A stretch of 30,339 nucleotides of DNA from a virus (Duplodnaviria > Caudoviricetes), in IMG/VR virus record IMGVR_UViG_3300020314_000022, positions 1 to 30,339 of that record; one strand, given 5' to 3'. The position numbers and the translations under genes were made by a program. The stretch's first letter is position 1, and each line of letters opens with the position of its first letter. This document shows positions 23,201-30,339 of this stretch, piece after piece. The notes under the pieces were generated by a model that saw only the letters and a list, made by a program, of their open reading frames with translations, ran no database searches and was not told the origin of the DNA.

Positions 23201-26200
23201 CCGATACTGGTGATGTATTTACTGTCAACAGTTATAATGAAGAGAGATATAAAGACGATATCCCTCAAATTGGTCCAAGTCAAATCTTTGCTCATGATGT
23301 TCTTGATTTTAGACCGAGAGTTGATACATTTGATCCAAGCACTGCTACCGTTTCTCCATTCTTCTATACAGCAAGAGATTTTTCTGGAAAACCAGATAGA
23401 ATTCTGACACCTAATGGAAGCTGTATTTTTGATTATTCATTCTACCTCTCAAGAATTGATAAGTTAGTTATTGAAGCTGGTACTGATGAATTTAATCTGG
23501 TAAGAGGTAGACCAGCAAGAGCTCCTATTGCACCCAATCCACCTGAAAGGTCAATGGAGGTTGCAACAATCTTGCTTCCTGCATATCTTAGAGATGTATC
23601 AGAATCTAGAGTTTATCATAAGGAGAATAAGCGTTATACAATGCGCGATATTGACAATATCGCGAAGAGAGTAGCAAACCTTGAAGAAGTTACTACACTA
23701 TCTCTTCTGGAGAGATCTGTTGAGTCTATCCAAGTTAAGGATGCAAATGGATTAGACAGATTTAAGTCTGGTTTCTTTGTAGATAGTTTTAAAGATGAGT
23801 CTTTCATCCACCCATCTGCTCCTGTTGATATTGATACTGACTTGAATGAACTCAGACCTCTGAGAACTCTTGATACTATTAATTTACAACTTGCTGGTTC
23901 TGTTAATTTGCCCGCTGAGCAAATTGATTTCAACACCGACTTTGAACTCTTAGACTCTGAGAATACTCAAAAGACTGGTAGTCTGGTCACGCTGAAGTAT
24001 GAGGAAGAAGTATACCTTGAACAGGAGTTTGCTACAAAGGTAAACAATGTTAACCCCTTCCATGTTGTATCTTATACAGGTACTATTGAGTTAACTCCTT
24101 CTGTTGATAACTGGATCAATACACAGAGAACTCAAAATACTATTAGAGATACTATTGGTATTACGGTTTTCAATAACCAGGTAACTGCTAATCTCTCCGT
24201 ATCTCAAGGTGGATCATTAGGCGGTAGAGCTAGCACTACAACCAGAGAAATTGGTAGAACAGTTCAAAGAGATGACATCAGATCAGAGAATACATTTATC
24301 GCTGCTGAAAACTTTGATCCATTCTGCCGTTCTAGAAATATTGACTTTAGATCTATTGGTCTGAAACCTACAACTACATACTTCCCCTTCTTCGATAATC
24401 AGGGCGGAATTGATGTTGTTCCTAAACTACTTCAGGTCAGAGATGTTTCTGGTTCATTCACTGTTGGTGAAACTGTAAGAGGAACTGCTGTCAATGGCAC
24501 TGATACTGTTTTTGAATTTAGACTCTGCACACCAAATCATAAGGCAGGTGCTTTTAACAATCCTTCTGAGACCTTCTTAGTTAATCCTTATGACTCAACT
24601 GTACCTCTTCCTAATGGTTACTCACAGGCATCTACAGTTCTGAATGTAGACACTGCAGCATTAGCAGAGGCAGCTCAAGGTGCATTCTTTGGTTTTGCTG
24701 AAGAGGGTATGGTTCTTAGAGGTGTTAGCAGTGGTGCTCAGGCAACTGTATCAGCTCTTAACTTAGTATCGGACGACTTTGGTGATCTTCTTGGTTCCAT
24801 CTTCATTCAAGACCCCAACCAGACTCCCGCACCAACCGTAAGAATTAGATCTGGTAATAGAGAATTTAAGCTTACATCTAGTCAGAGCAACGCTACTCCA
24901 GTTATTGGCGAGACTTCAATTTCTACTGCTATTGGTAGATATCTTGCAACTGGTACGACAAGAGTTATTCAGACAGATATTAGAGTTACAACTCTTGAAA
25001 CGACTACGGTCACTAATCTGTCTACGATTAACCTTAGCATTTCTGTGCCGCCGCCACCTCCACCACCGCCGCCAGCACCGCCGCCAGCTCCAGTACCTCG
25101 TCGTAGGAACACCTCTAGAAGAGTTAGGCGTCAAATCCGTCGTATTCGTAGACGGGCTAGAAATAACAGAAGAAGAACTCGTAACTTACGCAGGAGAATT
25201 CGGCGTAGGAGAAGGCGGAGAAGGCGGAGAAGAAGAAATAGAGACCCGTTAGCACAATCATTCCTGGTAGGACCTGAGGGTGCGTGGATTACCTCTATTG
25301 ATGTATTCTTTAAAACGAAGTCTACGGGCACAACTCCAGTAACATGCGAGATTAGAACAGTAGAACTTGGTCTGCCTACTTTGGATATGGTAGATAAGCA
25401 CGCGACTGTAACTCTTCGTCCGAATGATGTTAAGACATCTGAGGATGGAACTGTTGCTACGAATATCAAGTTCAAGTCTCCAGTTTATCTCGAACCCACA
25501 ACTCAATATGCAATCGTTCTCTTGTCTGAGAGTGATGAATATGAATGTTTCTGTGGCGAGATGGGTCAGAAGGCTCTTAATACTCAAACATTACCTGAGG
25601 CACAGGGCAGAATCTACTCACAGCAGTGGGCATTGGGTTCTCTATTCAAGTCTCAAAATGGTTCTACTTGGACTCCTACACAGTTTGAAGATCTTACCTT
25701 CAAAATGTATAGAGCGAAGTTTACAAGTTCCACTGGTACTGTAACCTTCCACAACCCTCCGATTAGACCTAATAATGGTTATCTCGATACTCTGAATTTC
25801 CACCCAATCACATCAATTCCTAAGTTAGCTACACTGGGTATTCAAACTACTACAGACGCTGGCATTATTGGAACTGTATTTGCTGAAGGTAGAAAGATTA
25901 CAGAAACCATTGAGAACTTCCGTTATGGTTATATTGATGCCAAGGGCGGTCCTGTTGATGGCACTGTTGGTATTCTTACTGGCGGTAAGGCATATGGAAC
26001 ACCTACAAACCCTGTAAGCACATATAACATCACTGGTGAAGGATCTGGACTGACTCTTAATGTCACCGTATCTGCTGGTCAATCTGCAATTACTGCTGCT
26101 ACAGTTGTTGCGTCTGGCACAGGATATAAGGTTGGTGATGTTGTGGGTATCGTAACTGCTGGCACAGCTGGTGGTGGTTCAGGAGTTCGTATCGGTATTA

Positions 26201-27699
26201 ACACTATCAATGGTATTGATACTCTGTATCTGACTGATGTTCAAGCTGAAGAGTTTGATACAACATCTGGAACTAACAAGCTACAGTATCATCATGATTC
26301 TGGATCTATTATCAATACTACTCTTGATATTCTTTCATATCAAGATGAAGGATCGTTCTTCACTGGAGAATACTTCCTTGTAGAGCAACTTGATCATGGC
26401 ATGTATGGTGTAAACAACAAGGTTCTCATTGAAGGTGCTATTCCTTCCACAGTTCCTACTGAACTTAGTGTTGAGACTCTTGCTAGTGAGACAACCATTT
26501 CTGTTGCTTCTACCGAAGTCTTTGAAAACTTTGAGGGTGTTGCAGTTAGTGCTGCAAATACTGGATATGCACTTCTTGGTGGAAGTGAAATCATTTCCTA
26601 CACTCAAGTTGGAATGACAAGTATTGGTGGTGTTACTAGAGGTACAGATTCTACTACAGCTCTGAACCACAAGAAGGATACTGCCATTGCTAAGTATGAA
26701 CTGTTTGGTGTTTCTCTGAGAAGAATTAATGCTGAGCATGATGTTATTACTGATGGTGTTCAACCTGATAGTTACTATGTCAAGATTGATCGTGGAACTA
26801 GCAGAAATTCTGATGATACTGTAAATGACTTCCCGCAGTTGTCCTTTACTGAGTCATCTTCAGGTGGTGGTGAGAGAGTACACTCTACCAAGAACTATCT
26901 GTATGACAGCATAAGACCTCTTATCAGAGCGTCTACCTTCGGTGGTACGGATTTCATCACAGCACAGATACGAAGCGTCAGCGGGTCTTCTGCGTCTGGT
27001 GGTGAGGTATCCTTCATCGATCAAGGTCTTGAAGAAATCGATCTCAATAGAGATAACGAGCTTACTAGTGTTAGATTGATTGCATCTGCTGTCAACGAAA
27101 AAGAAAACACTGCAGATCTTGAAAGAGGCAAGTCCTTTACCATTGAACTGGAACTTGAGAATGAGGAAGATGATTACAACTCACCTTGTATTGATCTTGA
27201 GACTGTTGAAGCTCAGTTGTTAGAGAATAGACTCAACAAACCGATTGATAACTATGTTACCGATCCTAGAGCAAATGCTAGATTCAATGATCCGCATAGT
27301 TCTTACTACATGTCGAACCCAATCTACATTAAGAATCCTGCAACTTCTCTGAAGGTTCTGTTTGATGCTCGGAGACCTGCTTCTGCTGAGTTTAGAGTTT
27401 CCTACTCTCTCCTCACATCTGACAGCAGTTCTGTTCCTACATTTGAATTGTTCCCTGGATATCCGAATCTTGTGGATACTGATGGATCTGGATTCGGTGA
27501 TAAGGTAATTGATCCTAGTGCTAATACAGGTCTACCTGATAGTGAGACAACTGCTGATCCAACTCAATATAAAGAGTATGAATACTCCATTGACAATCTT
27601 CCTAGTTTCACTGGATTCCAAATTAAAATTGCAATCAACGGAACTAATCAAGCAGAGTATCCAATTTTGAAAAACCTGAGAGCACTTGCCATCGCATGA
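20287..27699 (+). CDS. vrlC: Large virion structural protein, DUF4815 / VrlC-like (2470 aa)
   Basis: N-terminal NLNVSPYYDDFD...YHRVLFKPGFPVQAREL..LQSILQ.Q, then APGADR, LAKRTYDESGNY.V, KRYTMRDI..I.KRV.NLE, RFKSGFFVDSF, DPLAQSF and GSLFKSQNGSTWTP.Q.EDL.F. Its position after gp8 matches cyanomyovirus gene order. Confidence 0.85.
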   Translation: MPQQTNLNVSPYYDDFDPTKGYHRVLFKPGFPVQARELSTLQSILQNQVESFGTHMFKEGSMVVPGGVTFDPQYFAVQINPTHLGIDVGVYAQSFVGTRIRGQSTGVTAKVVNYITAAQSDKDYDTLYVKYINSSSSGDFSFFDNSEILIAEEPVTYGNTTINAGSTFASTISIDSCLTGSAASVDDGIYFIRGHFVRVNKQTIILDQYNPDPSKRIGLRVVESTVSAKADETLYDNAKGFSNFAAPGADRFKIELELFTKDLGEFDDTDFVEIVRVKDGETFNLKIDTEYNRIRDYLAKRTYDESGNYTVESFKCAIADCLNDREGNEGVYFDDQTTFDGNEPGEDLACLKISSGKAYVYGYDVDKPSPTIIDFDKPRDVEDVTGSQFIFEMGNKFVVNDVVGVATLTNRIDLYSGPNNGVSHLAPGTATKIGDAKIYNFGLKDSAYENDGTDWNLYLYDIQTYTELQLNENVSATEMILSSYIEGVESGASGYAVAAGAGSSTINITQVSGTFIAGEKVKINGREDISRTVEGSTRYGINDVYSFDQDPGNFDCQKKLTKRPVASIGDAEVKVDQSDGKVTSGSNVDFRAFKPGDVVIFEAPNTRAGVNTSVLTRNVVRDVEANGASMRVGAMTTVSDLFDGGVKNFTGRIFRGQQDVSLVNSSLIAPIPDSLVENVDFTDSTLRLSAQVRNETTSATGVLVVSISSVDLDDVVFVPFDQEDYQVVYSNGTIATIDSSQVTITNGTQLTITGLAFSQSNVTVNVVVEKQVIKNKVKDYIRCTQTAITRSTNLRSGVGIQTSVNDGLNHSNLYGIRVQDREICLNYPDVANIVAVYESLDLNAPILDKLTFTSTDDIFNTAIVGELIFGETSKALATVVSIDSGSNQISVVYKNNDRFNVLENLTFRESNTSAVCQALTPGKYRNITSNYILDKGQENQYYDYSRITKNSGGYTPSKQLLIIFNRFEVPASDTGDVFTVNSYNEERYKDDIPQIGPSQIFAHDVLDFRPRVDTFDPSTATVSPFFYTARDFSGKPDRILTPNGSCIFDYSFYLSRIDKLVIEAGTDEFNLVRGRPARAPIAPNPPERSMEVATILLPAYLRDVSESRVYHKENKRYTMRDIDNIAKRVANLEEVTTLSLLERSVESIQVKDANGLDRFKSGFFVDSFKDESFIHPSAPVDIDTDLNELRPLRTLDTINLQLAGSVNLPAEQIDFNTDFELLDSENTQKTGSLVTLKYEEEVYLEQEFATKVNNVNPFHVVSYTGTIELTPSVDNWINTQRTQNTIRDTIGITVFNNQVTANLSVSQGGSLGGRASTTTREIGRTVQRDDIRSENTFIAAENFDPFCRSRNIDFRSIGLKPTTTYFPFFDNQGGIDVVPKLLQVRDVSGSFTVGETVRGTAVNGTDTVFEFRLCTPNHKAGAFNNPSETFLVNPYDSTVPLPNGYSQASTVLNVDTAALAEAAQGAFFGFAEEGMVLRGVSSGAQATVSALNLVSDDFGDLLGSIFIQDPNQTPAPTVRIRSGNREFKLTSSQSNATPVIGETSISTAIGRYLATGTTRVIQTDIRVTTLETTTVTNLSTINLSISVPPPPPPPPPAPPPAPVPRRRNTSRRVRRQIRRIRRRARNNRRRTRNLRRRIRRRRRRRRRRRRNRDPLAQSFLVGPEGAWITSIDVFFKTKSTGTTPVTCEIRTVELGLPTLDMVDKHATVTLRPNDVKTSEDGTVATNIKFKSPVYLEPTTQYAIVLLSESDEYECFCGEMGQKALNTQTLPEAQGRIYSQQWALGSLFKSQNGSTWTPTQFEDLTFKMYRAKFTSSTGTVTFHNPPIRPNNGYLDTLNFHPITSIPKLATLGIQTTTDAGIIGTVFAEGRKITETIENFRYGYIDAKGGPVDGTVGILTGGKAYGTPTNPVSTYNITGEGSGLTLNVTVSAGQSAITAATVVASGTGYKVGDVVGIVTAGTAGGGSGVRIGINTINGIDTLYLTDVQAEEFDTTSGTNKLQYHHDSGSIINTTLDILSYQDEGSFFTGEYFLVEQLDHGMYGVNNKVLIEGAIPSTVPTELSVETLASETTISVASTEVFENFEGVAVSAANTGYALLGGSEIISYTQVGMTSIGGVTRGTDSTTALNHKKDTAIAKYELFGVSLRRINAEHDVITDGVQPDSYYVKIDRGTSRNSDDTVNDFPQLSFTESSSGGGERVHSTKNYLYDSIRPLIRASTFGGTDFITAQIRSVSGSSASGGEVSFIDQGLEEIDLNRDNELTSVRLIASAVNEKENTADLERGKSFTIELELENEEDDYNSPCIDLETVEAQLLENRLNKPIDNYVTDPRANARFNDPHSSYYMSNPIYIKNPATSLKVLFDARRPASAEFRVSYSLLTSDSSSVPTFELFPGYPNLVDTDGSGFGDKVIDPSANTGLPDSETTADPTQYKEYEYSIDNLPSFTGFQIKIAINGTNQAEYPILKNLRALAIA
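25048..25242 (+). repeat. Low-complexity Pro-rich then Arg-rich coding tract
   Basis: P9-A-PPP-A-P-V-P followed by 33 Arg in 48 residues, including R12. A short AGAAGGCGG x2 tandem lies near 25210-25227. Confidence 0.9.
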
Positions 27700-27902
27700 C
27701 ACAATACATTAAAGTCGAAGGTCATGATAACCTCGTCCGTGACAAACAAACAGGAGCTATCCTTAATAACGATAGCTCCTCCTATCAAGCTTATATGAGA
27801 CAGAAACAAGTAAAGCTGTCTGAAAGAAACGAAATTGAAAAACTTAAGAGTGAGGTCGGTGAAATTAAGGACATGCTTAAAGTAATTATTGAGAAGTTAT
27901 GA
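27696..27902 (+). CDS. Small hypothetical protein with C-terminal coiled coil, 68 aa
   Basis: ATGA-coupled to the upstream gene. N-terminus KVEGH.NLVRD..TGAILN; heptad-like C-terminus EIEKLKSEVGEIKDMLKVII. Confidence 0.8.
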   Translation: MTQYIKVEGHDNLVRDKQTGAILNNDSSSYQAYMRQKQVKLSERNEIEKLKSEVGEIKDMLKVIIEKL

Positions 27903-28063
27903 GTAGAGATCCACATTCTGAATTTCTTAGATACCATGGATTTGGTGAGGGAATCTCAAGCGTACAAGAGCAATCTGAGATGGAGTTGCTTAGAGCCGAG
28001 ATCGCTGAGGTTAAGAATACTATGCAACAAGTATTACAGGAGTTAAGGAAACTAAATACCTAA
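27899..28063 (+). CDS. Small hypothetical protein with C-terminal coiled coil, 54 aa; not in ORF track
   Basis: Hand translation: MSRDPHSEFLRYHGFGEGISSVQEQSEMELLRAEIAEVKNTMQQVLQELRKLNT*. ATGA overlap at 27899-27902, and it fills the intergenic gap. Confidence 0.7.
   Translation: MSRDPHSEFLRYHGFGEGISSVQEQSEMELLRAEIAEVKNTMQQVLQELRKLNT
28051..28058 (+). promoter_or_regulatory. Late promoter variant ACTAAATA
   Basis: 28 nt before ATG 28087, the same geometry as the other late motifs. Confidence 0.55.
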
Positions 28064-28086
28064 TAGGATACCCGTGATATCAAAGG

Positions 28087-28425
28087 ATGGCAGTCTACAT
28101 CGCCAATCTCCAACTTGATACTGGTGTTGATTTCCAACACGGTTTCAGTTTGGGTGACAATGATACAGGCACCTACCTGAATCTGAACAACTATACCGCC
28201 AGATCTCAAATGAGAAAATGGGCGGGAAGTTCGACTGCAGTGTCTTTTGCATCTACAGTAACCGACGCTGAATTAGGTCAAATCCAAATATCATTGGCTT
28301 CGACTTTAACATCGGATATTAAACCTGGACGATATGTATATGATGTAACTCTTGAAGACTCTGGGGGCTTTAAATATAAGGTCGTTGAAGGAATGGTCGT
28401 AGTTAGAGCAGGAGTAACACGATAA
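28087..28425 (+). CDS. Small beta-rich (Ig-like/BppU-like) putative virion structural protein, 112 aa
   Basis: NL..D.G.DF...F, LNL..Y.A.SQMRK, G.I.ISL....T..IKPGRYVYDV and KVVEG.V.V..GVTR; a pattern typical of small structural proteins found near cyanophage tail genes. Confidence 0.75.
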   Translation: MAVYIANLQLDTGVDFQHGFSLGDNDTGTYLNLNNYTARSQMRKWAGSSTAVSFASTVTDAELGQIQISLASTLTSDIKPGRYVYDVTLEDSGGFKYKVVEGMVVVRAGVTR

Positions 28426-28640
28426 TGCCATCTCAACTCAGAATAGGCACCTCCAATCAAGTAAAAGTCATCGCCAGTGGTTCTCTCGGCGGGGGATCAG
28501 GCGGTAGACTGACATTGCTTTCAGATGTTAACGCAACTAATCTGGAAGACGGTAGCATTTTGGTTTATGAAGCGGCGACTAATGCGTTCAAAACAACTAA
28601 AAATTTCCCCGCTGCCATTATTGACGGAGGTGTCTTCTAA
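28425..28640 (+). CDS. Small fibre-associated hypothetical protein, 71 aa
   Basis: TAATG-coupled on both sides. L..LSDVN...L.DGS.LVY and the C-terminal IDGGVF resemble phage fibre repeat motifs. Confidence 0.75.
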   Translation: MPSQLRIGTSNQVKVIASGSLGGGSGGRLTLLSDVNATNLEDGSILVYEAATNAFKTTKNFPAAIIDGGVF

Positions 28641-30339
28641 TGTCCGCAACGATTCTATTAAAAAGGACACTTGGCACCTCTCCACCGAACATCGCACCCG
28701 TTGGTACTGGCGTATCGTTTGGTGAATTAATCTACACTTACGACACCAGTGATGTTGGTGCTGGCAAGTCGTATAAGAAATTATATATTGGTAACCCTGC
28801 TGGTCCTGGTTCAGCACCAATTCCTATTGGTGGTGAATACTATACCAGTCTTTTTAATGACAATCCAGCCGATTACGGCAAACCTCAAGCATCTAAAGTC
28901 CTTATTCTTGATGATCAAGGACGAGTTGCTTCCTGGACAGTTGTAGATGATTTCTACACTGCAGGTGTTGGTACAGTTGCTGGCAACTTCAATGTTGGTG
29001 GTAACCTTAATGTAACTGGTGACCTCGTTTATGATGAGGCAAACGCTAGAAATTGGAATGTTACTGGCGTAGCAACTGCTGCAACTTTGGTTGTAACAGA
29101 TGCAGCTTTCACGAAGGGCGATATTCCCAATCTGTTTGCAAATACAGGTATTGTAACCACTCTGAGTGGTACAAGTGCTGATTACTACGAAGTAAATGTA
29201 GGACATGCACTTACTGCAAATAATGTAGAGATTACTGGGGTATCATCCTTCAGTAATATTACATTTTCCAATGATATTATTAGAGTTGGTCGTGACGCTG
29301 CTGTAGGTCTTAGCAGCGCCGACTCTTCAATCTTTATTGGTGATTTTGCTGCAGCTGGTATGGGTCAAACGACCCTCAACCGTCGCAATATTGCGATTGG
29401 TGCCAGTGCAATGCAATACGCTGGTATTCTTTCCAGCTTTGATGAATTAGAATCTAACATCGTTATTGGTAACTTCGCAGGTTATAGACTGCAAGGTACT
29501 AAGAACCTGATGCTTGGTGATAAGGTAGGTTTTGCCTTATCTTCCAGCGGTAATGACGAGAACATTGCTCTGGGTAACCAGGCGATGTATGGTGAGACTT
29601 TCCCTGTTGTTGACGGGGTAACTCTCAGCGTTAATGTTGGTGATCAAACTGCTCTTGCTAACTACGACCAGACAGAAGATGTAACCGAGACCAGTGGATC
29701 TGGTCAAGGTCTGTTAGTTAGAATTCAGACTGGTTCTACTGGTCTGATCACTAACATCGAAATCATGGCTCCTGGCGATGGTTACGAGGTTGGTGATACA
29801 TTCACCATGCCGTTTGGTTTCCAGACTCTTACAGGTAGCGTAACCAGCAAGAATGGTCGCTTCCTGAGTGGTGGTACAGGAACCAGACAGCAGCAAAGAA
29901 ATATTGCTATTGGTCCTTACACTCTCTTCAGTGTAGACGGTAGTAAGAACATTGCCATTGGTTACTCTGCAGGTAACGAGACTCTTGGCAGTGGCAATGT
30001 CGTCATTGGTTATGAGCGAAATGTTGCTATCGGAGATAGTGATAACCAGCTCGTAATTGGTAATCAAAATATTAACTGGATCGACGGTAACCAACTTGGT
30101 TATGTCGGTATTGGCACCACACGACCCTTTGGATTGCTCGATGTTGGTGGTGTATTCATCATTGATAAGGGCACTGGTAATACAGTAATCTCTGGCGTAG
30201 TAACTGCGCCGCAACTCGATGTCGATAACCTTGGCATCGAAGATATCAAGGTCACTGCTGGTTTAGCAACTGACTTTGCAATTACCAACGCTAAGATTCA
30301 GTCAGGTATTATTACTGACACTGTTGGTACTGCTGCAAC
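28640..30339 (+). CDS. Tail fibre / adhesin-like protein with YadA-like head repeats (partial, runs off the window); not in ORF track
   Basis: ATG at 28640 (TAATG), open for 566 codons to the window end. It begins MSATILLKRTLGTSPP..FGELIY..KLYIG (fibre N-terminal pattern) and continues with GNFNVGGNLNVTG, repeated NIAIG/NIVIG/NIALG/NVVIG/NVAIG, and GYVGIGTTRP. Confidence 0.85.
   Translation, partial: MSATILLKRTLGTSPPNIAPVGTGVSFGELIYTYDTSDVGAGKSYKKLYIGNPAGPGSAPIPIGGEYYTSLFNDNPADYGKPQASKVLILDDQGRVASWTVVDDFYTAGVGTVAGNFNVGGNLNVTGDLVYDEANARNWNVTGVATAATLVVTDAAFTKGDIPNLFANTGIVTTLSGTSADYYEVNVGHALTANNVEITGVSSFSNITFSNDIIRVGRDAAVGLSSADSSIFIGDFAAAGMGQTTLNRRNIAIGASAMQYAGILSSFDELESNIVIGNFAGYRLQGTKNLMLGDKVGFALSSSGNDENIALGNQAMYGETFPVVDGVTLSVNVGDQTALANYDQTEDVTETSGSGQGLLVRIQTGSTGLITNIEIMAPGDGYEVGDTFTMPFGFQTLTGSVTSKNGRFLSGGTGTRQQQRNIAIGPYTLFSVDGSKNIAIGYSAGNETLGSGNVVIGYERNVAIGDSDNQLVIGNQNINWIDGNQLGYVGIGTTRPFGLLDVGGVFIIDKGTGNTVISGVVTAPQLDVDNLGIEDIKVTAGLATDFAITNAKIQSGIITDTVGTAA

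Noticed and set aside
24905-25252. +1-frame ORF over the Pro/Arg tract (…GVGEGGEGGEEE), suggesting a frameshift origin or overprinted gene
   Set aside because: The main frame is continuous into DPLAQSF and shows heptad order with mixed Arg codons. The alternative frame is probably open only because of local GC/purine richness.
5247-27699. Intein, intron or homing endonuclease explaining the giant ORF sizes
   Set aside because: No intein terminal motifs or LAGLIDADG/HNH/GIY-YIG signatures were recognised and the frames are uninterrupted. Size is explained by repeat modules.
3808-30288. Numerous 60-166 aa antisense and alternative-frame ORFs inside gp6, gp7, gp8, the VrlC-like gene and the fibre
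   Set aside because: They are fully nested in long motif-bearing genes and have the S/T/N/I/C-rich composition typical of shadow frames.

Overview
This window looks like a segment of a T4-like marine cyanomyovirus genome (Synechococcus/Prochlorococcus myovirus type), with all credible genes on the + strand. The first ~2.9 kb holds a structured non-coding leader, an AbrB/SpoVT-like small protein, a TIGR02466-type 2OG-Fe(II) oxygenase, a sigma70-promoter-driven GT-A glycosyltransferase-like gene and several small hypotheticals. The late baseplate/tail module follows: gp25, gp6, a giant 4475-aa gp7, gp8, a 2470-aa DUF4815/VrlC-like virion protein, four small genes and a tail-fibre gene with YadA-like repeats that runs off the right edge. 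Four genes absent from the supplied ORF track were read by hand (170..346, 1888..2037, 27899..28063, 28640..>30339). The most unusual observations are: (1) a poly-Pro plus 33-of-48 Arg segment in the VrlC-like protein with a regular 4-3 heptad core; (2) repeat domains nested inside one another, plus a circularly permuted copy, in gp7; (3) overlapping alternative hairpins at the leader of the AbrB-like gene; (4) late-promoter motifs ~100 nt upstream of both giant genes. All family assignments come from motif recognition and gene order; no searches were run.
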